DNA of 12,540 nucleotides from a bacterium (GTDB lineage Archaea > Thermoplasmatota > E2 > JACPAO01 > JAHFTW01). The stretch covers positions 250,168 to 262,707 of the forward strand of contig JAZJZE010000001.1 in the NCBI GenBank assembly GCA_040390065.1, in the 5' to 3' direction. The notes below the pieces were generated by a model that saw nothing but the letters and a program-made list of their open reading frames with translations, did not search any database and had not been told where the DNA came from. Below, piece by piece: positions 6,375-12,540 of this stretch. Each line of letters opens with the position of its first letter. The stretch's first letter is position 1. The translations under genes and the position numbers were made by a program.

Positions 6375-7765
6375 AGCCCCGCGTCTCCGTCGTCACCATC
6401 GGCCACGTCGACCACGGCAAGTCGACGTTGCTCGGCCGCCTGCTCGTCGAGACCGGCGTGGTGTCGCAGGAAGAAGTCGCGCGTTTCGAGAAGCAGGCCG
6501 ACCTTATCGGAAAATCGTCGTTCAAGTACGCGTGGGTGCTCGACCGCAGCGAAGAGTCTCGCGCTCGCGGTTTGACCCTCGACTTGGGCTACGCTGACCT
6601 CACGACGCGCAACCGCCGCGTGCACCTCATCGACGCGCCAGGCCACCAGGATTTCGTACGCTCGATGATCACGGGCACGGCGGGAGCCGACGCAGCGCTC
6701 CTCGTCGTCGACTCCTCCGAGGGAATCATGCCGCAGACGCGCGAACACGCACAACTCACGAGTTCAATGGGCTTGACACAGATCATCGTGGCGCTCAACA
6801 AGGCCGACCGCGTCGGCTACGACCGCGACCGCATCGCGGCGCGCGCCCAAGAGCTGCGAGAGTTCCTTGCGCCATTCGGGTTCGCCAAGGTCGACGTCAT
6901 CCCCGTCTCCGCTTGGGAAGGGGAGAACCTCACGAAACGCAGCGACCGCATGGCGTGGTACAAGGGCCGCACCCTGGAGGAGGCGCTGGACGGACTCGAG
7001 GGGCGGCCGGCGGCAACGGATGGCCCACTACGCATGCCCGTCATGGACGTGCTCACCGTCGGCGGTGTCGGCACGGTGGTCATCGGCCGCATCGAGCGGG
7101 GCTCGGTCCGCAAGGACCAGGAACTACGCCTCGAGCCGTCCGGAAAGTTCGCCCGCGTGAAGTCCATCGAGATCCACCGCCAAGCCGTCGACGCAGCCGC
7201 TGCGGGCGACACGGTCGGCCTGGCACTGCGCGACGTGTCCAAGACCGAGTTGTCGCGCGGCGATGTCGCCGGCCCCGAAGAGGAACCGCCTGTCGCCGTC
7301 GATGCCCTCGAAGCCCGCGTTGCCATCACCGCCGAGATCGGTCACGCGGGCAAGGGATGGACGGCGACGCTGCACTGCCATACCGCATCCGTCGCCGTGC
7401 GCCTCGACGAAGTCCTCTCCCGCATCGACCCGACGTCGGGAGAGGAATCGGTGTCCGCGCGACCGACGTTGCAGCGCGGTGACGTGGCGCGCGTCCGCTT
7501 CATCGCGACGAAGCCCGTCGTCGTCGAAGGTCCCGAGCACGGACCTGCCCTCGGCCGCTTCGCCTTGCGCGTGTCGGGCACGACCGTCGGTGCAGGCTCC
7601 GTCGTCGCCGTGACGCCGCATGTCAAGGACGCGAAGGGTCCGGCGGAGGCGACGTTCTCCTACAAGGCGCAGAAAGTCGGGGCAGCGGCGCGCAAGGCCA
7701 AGGAGGAGAAGCGACGGGGGAACGTCGACATCCACGGCCGCCCAATCAAGCCGAAGGGGTCGTAG
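6371..7765 (+). CDS. Translation elongation factor EF-1alpha-like GTPase (divergent paralogue) with basic C-terminal extension
   Basis: G1 GHVDHGKST, FKYAWVLD, RGLTLD, G3 DAPGHQDF, G4 NKAD, G5 SAW; domain II PLRMPV/GTVVIGRIE/RGDV; domain III LHCHT, LGRFALR. ATGA overlap with the upstream gene. Confidence 0.88.
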   Translation: MKPRVSVVTIGHVDHGKSTLLGRLLVETGVVSQEEVARFEKQADLIGKSSFKYAWVLDRSEESRARGLTLDLGYADLTTRNRRVHLIDAPGHQDFVRSMITGTAGADAALLVVDSSEGIMPQTREHAQLTSSMGLTQIIVALNKADRVGYDRDRIAARAQELREFLAPFGFAKVDVIPVSAWEGENLTKRSDRMAWYKGRTLEEALDGLEGRPAATDGPLRMPVMDVLTVGGVGTVVIGRIERGSVRKDQELRLEPSGKFARVKSIEIHRQAVDAAAAGDTVGLALRDVSKTELSRGDVAGPEEEPPVAVDALEARVAITAEIGHAGKGWTATLHCHTASVAVRLDEVLSRIDPTSGEESVSARPTLQRGDVARVRFIATKPVVVEGPEHGPALGRFALRVSGTTVGAGSVVAVTPHVKDAKGPAEATFSYKAQKVGAAARKAKEEKRRGNVDIHGRPIKPKGS

Positions 7766-8225
7766 CGCCCCGCGCCATGAACGCGTCGAGGCGCGCGCGG
7801 GCCTGCTTGCGCACGGCCTTGCGAACCACGGGCGTCCAGCCGAGCACCACGCCCTTCCAGCCGAGTGCTTGCCGTGCCCAGCGCCAGAACGGGAAGCGGT
7901 CCACCTGGCGGACGATCAGGCCGTCGCGGACCCAGAACGTGGAATGGATGCGGTTCGTCACCCGGCGGCCCGTCAAGCTGAACGTGTAGCGGGCCTCCAA
8001 GGTCCCCGTTGCGTCCCCGTCCCCCTCGTTCCAGCGCAGCGGTCCCGTCGACACTTCCAGGTCCGTTGCGCCCTGCATGAGCATGCGCCACATTGCGCCG
8101 ACCTCGGCTCCTTTGAGGTCGAAGACGGGATCGCAAAACGTCGCATCCGGGGCGTAGCACAGCGCCATCGTCTTGCCGTCGCCGGCGGCCAAGGCCTTCC
8201 AGTACTTCTCGACGCTCACACCCAT
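7746..8225 (-). CDS. SnoaL-like / NTF2-fold protein
   Basis: VEKYWKAL..GD..MALCYAPDATFCDPVF, YTFSLTGRRVTN, DGLIVRQVDRF: typical of this family. 20-bp convergent overlap with the GTPase gene. Confidence 0.85.
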   Translation of the reverse strand: MGVSVEKYWKALAAGDGKTMALCYAPDATFCDPVFDLKGAEVGAMWRMLMQGATDLEVSTGPLRWNEGDGDATGTLEARYTFSLTGRRVTNRIHSTFWVRDGLIVRQVDRFPFWRWARQALGWKGVVLGWTPVVRKAVRKQARARLDAFMARGATTPSA

Positions 8226-8249
8226 CGCATGGTCGTCGCGATATGAACT

Positions 8250-8567
8250 CTAGCGGCCGCCGAGGCCAGCCTTGAATCCCTTGCCGGCGCGGAACTTGAC
8301 CTTCGTCGAGGCCGGCTTTGGCTTGGTTGTGTACATCGCGCCCGTGAACGGGTTCTTCGCCTTCGCGCCCCCCTTCTGTGCCGGGCGCACGGTCTTGGAA
8401 AACACGCCGATGCCCGTGATGCTGACGCGGTCGTTGGACTTGAGTGCCTTGGCGATGGCCGCGAACGTCGCTGCGATGCCGGCACGGGCCTGCTTGAGAG
8501 TCATGCCCGTTTCGTTTGCGACCTGTTGGGCGATGTCGCCGGTCTTGGCGGTCTTGGGTGTGGCCAT
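8250..8567 (-). CDS. HU/IHF (DNABII) family histone-like DNA-binding protein
   Basis: Helical N-terminus, RVSITGIGVF, arm tip NPFTG, VKFRAGK; Lys-rich; GAGG (8578-8575) upstream. Confidence 0.92.
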   Translation of the reverse strand: MATPKTAKTGDIAQQVANETGMTLKQARAGIAATFAAIAKALKSNDRVSITGIGVFSKTVRPAQKGGAKAKNPFTGAMYTTKPKPASTKVKFRAGKGFKAGLGGR

Positions 8568-8594
8568 GGTGGTGCCTCGTGGCGGATGCGTTCC

Positions 8595-8675
8595 TCAGAA
8601 GACGAACAAGACGTCGTAAAGGGCGATACCGGCCAACACGGCCAGCGCCGCCGCGACGACGAACGCGTCACGCAT
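8595..8675 (-). CDS. 26-aa single-pass membrane micropeptide (MRDAFVVAAALAVLAGIALYDVLFVF)
   Basis: Read directly from the sequence and absent from the ORF track: ATG 8675 to TGA 8595, one hydrophobic helix, mostly G/C at codon position 3, co-oriented between the SNF2 and HU genes. Confidence 0.55.
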   Translation of the reverse strand: MRDAFVVAAALAVLAGIALYDVLFVF

Positions 8676-8749
8676 GCGTTTTCTTGGGGCGGCCCGGTAT
8701 TTCCGCGTGATGGCCGCGGCAGCGCGAAACGGCGCTTTTCCAGTGAAAT

Positions 8750-11506
8750 CTAGCCACTCACGGCTGCCAACTCACGGGAACGCGCCACGGCCGTCGCCGG
8801 CACCATCGGCTCGGCAGGGACAAGGCGGGTTGCACCGATGAGTTCCACGACGAGGCGCGGCTCGTTCTTCTCTTGCTCGCGGGCCAAGCGGTCCTTGAGC
8901 TCCTTGTCCAGTTCCTCGACGCGGCGGTTGTTCTTGAACGTCGCATCGTGCAGTTGCGCTTCGAGGGCGCCGAACTGGTCCTCCAGTTTGCGTTCGCGGA
9001 TGCCGTTCTCCGTGAACCACAGGCGGTTGCGGATCTGCCCCATCTTGTGGCGGATCTTCGCCTCCTCGGCGCGGATCTCCTCCTTCTGCTTCTCGTAGTA
9101 TTCCTCGAGGCGCTTCTCGGTGCGACGCACTTCGTCCTGCGCCTCCTCGCGCTTGGCCTGCAGGATGGGCACGAGGATGTTGCCGACCTCGAAGCGCGCC
9201 TTCTCGGCGACACCCTCCCACTGCGCGGCGGTCATGCCGACCGGTCCGTCGGTCGCTTCGCCGAGCGGCACCTCGGCCAGGTCCTCTTCGATGTCCGCAA
9301 CGGAGCCGTCGTCGTGCAGCTTGATGGTCACGAACGCCTCCAACTCGCTGCGAATCGTCTCGATGAAGTAGCGGTAGTAGAGCATCGTCGTGGGCTGGTC
9401 GACTTCGGCGGTGCGCACCTGCCCCACGGCGCCCTCCTCCTGCAGCATGCCCATGACGCTCTGCACGAACTTGGAGCCGAGGCTGAGAAGCTCGATGTCG
9501 CCGTCCTTCTCCTCGAAGACGTCGGGGTCGGTCGTGTAGGTGTGCACGCCGCCTAGGCGCTTCCAGAACGTGCGTGGGAGCTTCACCGTCGTGATGGCGT
9601 GCTCCACTTCTGCCTCGGAGCCTGTGGCGCCGATGAATTCGCTGACGAAACGCTGGACCTCGGCTTCCAGGTTGACGGAGTCCTCGATCTTGACGTCGTC
9701 CTTGGCCGTCGACAGGTCGAACTGCTGGAACACGGAGGCGTCGAGTTGCTTGATCTCCTCGGCCTGCTCCTTGCTGCGCTTGACCTCGCGTTGCACGGCG
9801 TCCAGCGACTCCTTCACCTCCTTGTCGTTCTGGGTCTCCATGATGATGTCGAGGATGCGCTTCTCGAGGCCCCCCGTCTCGTCGATGTCGGAGAGGATGA
9901 GGTCCATCTCACCGATGGCCACCTCGAAGAGCTTGATCTTTTCGTACAGGACCTGCAGCACATAGTCCTCGATGGTGTCCGCGACTGCGAGGTTGAGGAT
10001 GACGACGTTGGACGATTCCTGCCCGATGCGGTGGACGCGGCCGATGCGCTGCTCGACGCGCATGGGGTTCCAGGGCAAGTCGTAGTTGACGAGGATGTGG
10101 CAGAACTGCAGGTTCAGGCCTTCCGAACCGGAGTCGGTGGCCACGAGCACTTGCGGCGCGCCCTTCTTCTCCGACTTGAACTCCTCGAGGGCGTTGCGGC
10201 GGCGGCCCGGCGTGAGCTGGCCGTGGAACTTGACGTTCTCTACGCCTTCCTGCTTGAGGCGTCGCGACAGGAGTTCCTGCGTCTCGCGGAACTGCGTGAA
10301 GACGATCATCTTCTCCGTCGTCTTCGAGGCGATTTCCAGGATGAGGTTGACCTTGGCGTTGCGCTTGATGGCGTCGGCCTGCGCCCGCAGGTCTTCCATG
10401 GCCTTCACGACCTCCGGGTCCGTCTGCTTCTCGGCCATGTTGCCGAGGGTCTTGGCCAAGGCCGGCGCCGACGAGGCGACTTCGCGCTCGAGCACCATGA
10501 GGGCCAGATGGCTTTCGAAGAACTGCTTGTAGGAGCGGATGAAGTGCGAGACCGCCTGGTGCAACTCGTATTCTCCCTTGGAGGCCTTGACGCGGTGCGT
10601 CTCGACCTTGCGGGCCGGGAACTTGAGGCCGGTCTCGGAGCGGCGGTTGCGGATGAGCACCTGCTGCAACAAGGTCTGCAGGCGCTGGGCGTGCAGAAGG
10701 ACGCGGCCCTGGGCATCGCCGATGTACTCCTCCTCGAAGTTCTGCATCGTGCCGAGCAAGCCCGGCTTGATGAGGTTGATGAGGTTGTAGAGTTCGATGA
10801 GGTTGTTCTGGATGGGTGTCGCCGTGAGCATGAGGGCGTGGCGCGCGGTGATGTCGTCGGCCAGGCTGTAGCGCTGCGTCTTCTTGTTCTTGAGGTAGTG
10901 CGCCTCGTCCACGATGCACAGGTCCCATTCGCGACCGATGATGTCGGGGTAGTGCTGGGCCGACTTCGCGGTGTCAATCGACGCCACGATCTTGTCGTGC
11001 TTGCCGAAGCCCTGGAACTCGGGGTCGTCGTGGCGGATGAAGCGCTCGCCGAACTTGTTCCACAACTCTTCCTGCCACTGGCTGGCCAGGGACGCCGGAG
11101 TGAGGATGAGGATGGACTTCGCCTTGCCACGGGCGACGAGTTCCTTCATGACGATGCCCGCCTCGATGGTCTTTCCAAGACCGACTTCGTCGGCGAGGAT
11201 GGCGCGGCCTTGCAATTGGTTCAGCACCTTGATTGCGGCCTTGACCTGGTGCGGCAGGATCTTGATCTTGCGCCGCAGTTGCGAGATGGTGGTGATGCCC
11301 TCGTGCCGCATGGCCTTGAGGCGATGGGCGCGCAGGTTCAGCAGGTGCATCTCCAGTTCTGCCGGCGAACCCTTGGTGACCGTCTTCTCGACGGCGAAGG
11401 GGTCGGCGATAGGGTGCCCGCGCAGGGGGTCCTGTTTCTTTCTCTTGAAGAGCGTACGCTCCGGGTTGCCTGCACTAGGGTCCGTTGTTTGGTCTTCAGG
11501 AGACAT
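8750..11506 (-). CDS. SNF2-family helicase/ATPase (YqhH/RapA-like) with C-terminal coiled-coil extension
   Basis: LPHQ, ILADEVGLGKT, VDEAH, LTATP, SEGLNLQ, YDLPWNP, QRIGRVHRIGQ. ATG 11506 is preferred over TTG 11560. The C-terminal region is E/K/R-rich. Confidence 0.93.
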   Translation of the reverse strand: MSPEDQTTDPSAGNPERTLFKRKKQDPLRGHPIADPFAVEKTVTKGSPAELEMHLLNLRAHRLKAMRHEGITTISQLRRKIKILPHQVKAAIKVLNQLQGRAILADEVGLGKTIEAGIVMKELVARGKAKSILILTPASLASQWQEELWNKFGERFIRHDDPEFQGFGKHDKIVASIDTAKSAQHYPDIIGREWDLCIVDEAHYLKNKKTQRYSLADDITARHALMLTATPIQNNLIELYNLINLIKPGLLGTMQNFEEEYIGDAQGRVLLHAQRLQTLLQQVLIRNRRSETGLKFPARKVETHRVKASKGEYELHQAVSHFIRSYKQFFESHLALMVLEREVASSAPALAKTLGNMAEKQTDPEVVKAMEDLRAQADAIKRNAKVNLILEIASKTTEKMIVFTQFRETQELLSRRLKQEGVENVKFHGQLTPGRRRNALEEFKSEKKGAPQVLVATDSGSEGLNLQFCHILVNYDLPWNPMRVEQRIGRVHRIGQESSNVVILNLAVADTIEDYVLQVLYEKIKLFEVAIGEMDLILSDIDETGGLEKRILDIIMETQNDKEVKESLDAVQREVKRSKEQAEEIKQLDASVFQQFDLSTAKDDVKIEDSVNLEAEVQRFVSEFIGATGSEAEVEHAITTVKLPRTFWKRLGGVHTYTTDPDVFEEKDGDIELLSLGSKFVQSVMGMLQEEGAVGQVRTAEVDQPTTMLYYRYFIETIRSELEAFVTIKLHDDGSVADIEEDLAEVPLGEATDGPVGMTAAQWEGVAEKARFEVGNILVPILQAKREEAQDEVRRTEKRLEEYYEKQKEEIRAEEAKIRHKMGQIRNRLWFTENGIRERKLEDQFGALEAQLHDATFKNNRRVEELDKELKDRLAREQEKNEPRLVVELIGATRLVPAEPMVPATAVARSRELAAVSG

Positions 11507-11597
11507 TTTCGCTTTCGAGGAGTCCCGGAGAACTCGACGTAGAAAAGGGTAGTGGTCCAAGCGATGTTCTGTCCCACAGTTAGCGGCGGACGCCCAG

Positions 11598-12540
11598 CTA
11601 CGCGTCGTCGCGGCGACGGCGGCGGGCAGCCAGCAGGATGAGCCCGACCGCCAGGAGCATGGCCAGCGCGGGGAGGTACGATGGCACGCCGCTGCCGCCT
11701 ACAGTGGCTCCGGGCGCGCCTGCCTGTCCTGGCACTGGCCTAGAGGCCTCGTCTGGGAGCATCACAGGGGCTGTCGCGTCAAGAGAGCGGCCATAGGAAT
11801 CCGTGACGGCGTCATGCACCACGTGGGCGCCGCCTGAGGCGTACGTGTGGACCGGCGCAGCCTGGTGCGACGCGGGAGTGCCGTCGCCGAAGTCCCACGT
11901 GTGGCTGGCCTCGGGCATGTTGCTGGCGAAGCGCACGGTCCGCGTGTCCTGGGGATCCACCGTGATGCGAAGCGACGGCAGGATGGTGACCGTCACCTGG
12001 TCCTCGGAGGACTGGCCCCACGCGTCGGTCACGTTCAGGGCCAAGACGATGGTGGTTGCCCCGGCCGCATCGGGCGCGGTGAAGGACGCTGCTTCGCCGT
12101 CCTGCGACAGCCCGACCGAAACGCCCGACACCTGATGCCAGCGGAACACCAGGGTCCCCGCACCGTACGACCAGGCACCGTGCAGTGCGACGCCGTCGCC
12201 CTCGGTGACCGCTTGGTCTCCGCCGGCATTGGCGACGGGAGCCTCAGGAACCTGCGGTGGGGCTGGTGGGACTGGGCCTCCCGATTGGTAAGGCTGCGAG
12301 GGCCCGCTCGGCGGGGGCGGCTGCGGCATCGGCTGCGGGGGCGGCGGTGGCGGCGGCTGGGGCGGGCCCGTCGGCGGTGGCGGCGGGGGCGGTGGTGGGG
12401 GGGGGGGTGGTGGCGTGGGAGTGCGCCACCGCCCATGTTGCGGATAACACCTTTCAGTGGTTGGTGCGACAGTGTGAAGAGCGCATGATTGTCCTGAGTG
12501 ACACCGCCCAGCGCCTGCCATCGGTCGTGCATATCCGGCC
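11598..12540 (-). CDS. Cell-surface protein, 3' part: poly-Pro linker, two PKD/Ig-like domains, C-terminal TM anchor; 5' end unresolved (window edge or frameshift)
   Basis: PVANAGGDQ...FRWHQVSG...FTAP Ig-like repeat; PKD motif TWDFGDG...HTY; hydrophobic C-terminal helix followed by RRRRR; no signal peptide visible. Confidence 0.8.
   Translation of the reverse strand, partial: AGYARPMAGAGRCHSGQSCALHTVAPTTERCYPQHGRWRTPTPPPPPPPPPPPPPPTGPPQPPPPPPPQPMPQPPPPSGPSQPYQSGGPVPPAPPQVPEAPVANAGGDQAVTEGDGVALHGAWSYGAGTLVFRWHQVSGVSVGLSQDGEAASFTAPDAAGATTIVLALNVTDAWGQSSEDQVTVTILPSLRITVDPQDTRTVRFASNMPEASHTWDFGDGTPASHQAAPVHTYASGGAHVVHDAVTDSYGRSLDATAPVMLPDEASRPVPGQAGAPGATVGGSGVPSYLPALAMLLAVGLILLAARRRRRDDA
12290..12420 (-). 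repeat. Low-complexity poly-proline-coding tract including a C11 homopolymer (G11 on + strand, 12397-12407)
   Basis: Runs of CCN codons on the minus strand; 11 consecutive G on the plus strand. Confidence 0.85.

Noticed and set aside
6371-7765. CysN, SelB or bacterial EF-Tu assignment; gene symbol tuf
   Set aside because: G1 is GHVDHGKST rather than CysN GSVDDGKST and there is no cysD neighbour; FKYAWVLD is EF-1alpha-type. Divergence and context make canonical tuf doubtful, so no symbol is given.
8670-8679. Perfect palindrome ACGCATGCGT
   Set aside because: A single 10-bp palindrome is expected by chance in a window of this size.
8750-11506. Defence-system helicase (e.g. DISARM DrmD or a BREX-associated SNF2)
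   Set aside because: No methylase, nuclease or other defence genes nearby; the context looks like housekeeping.
9599-11542. 647-aa plus-strand ORF
   Set aside because: Antisense shadow of the SNF2 gene caused by codon bias.

Overview
GC-rich, densely coding window that is most likely archaeal, probably Thermoplasmatota. This is inferred from an EF-1alpha-type GTPase, an HU-type chromatin protein, LAGC-lipobox proteins and TATA-like boxes about 25 nt before apparently leaderless starts. The main finding is a three-gene extracytoplasmic peptidyl-prolyl isomerase cluster on the minus strand (301-3306). A cyclophilin lipoprotein and a translationally coupled Ig-like/FKBP lipoprotein are followed by a third gene that fuses homologues of both (cyclophilin + Ig-like + FKBP) behind a cytoplasmic Zn-ribbon and a transmembrane helix. 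The rest of the window holds gpsA, a small hypothetical gene, a CocE/NonD-type lipoprotein hydrolase coupled to a divergent EF-1alpha paralogue, a SnoaL/NTF2-like protein, HU, an unannotated 26-aa membrane micropeptide, a YqhH-like SNF2 helicase with a YqhG-like C-terminal extension, and the 3' part of a PKD surface protein with a possible frameshift near a C11 tract. The left edge has a tRNA-like 3' end and two copies of a hairpin repeat. All family calls come from motif recognition by eye; no searches were run.
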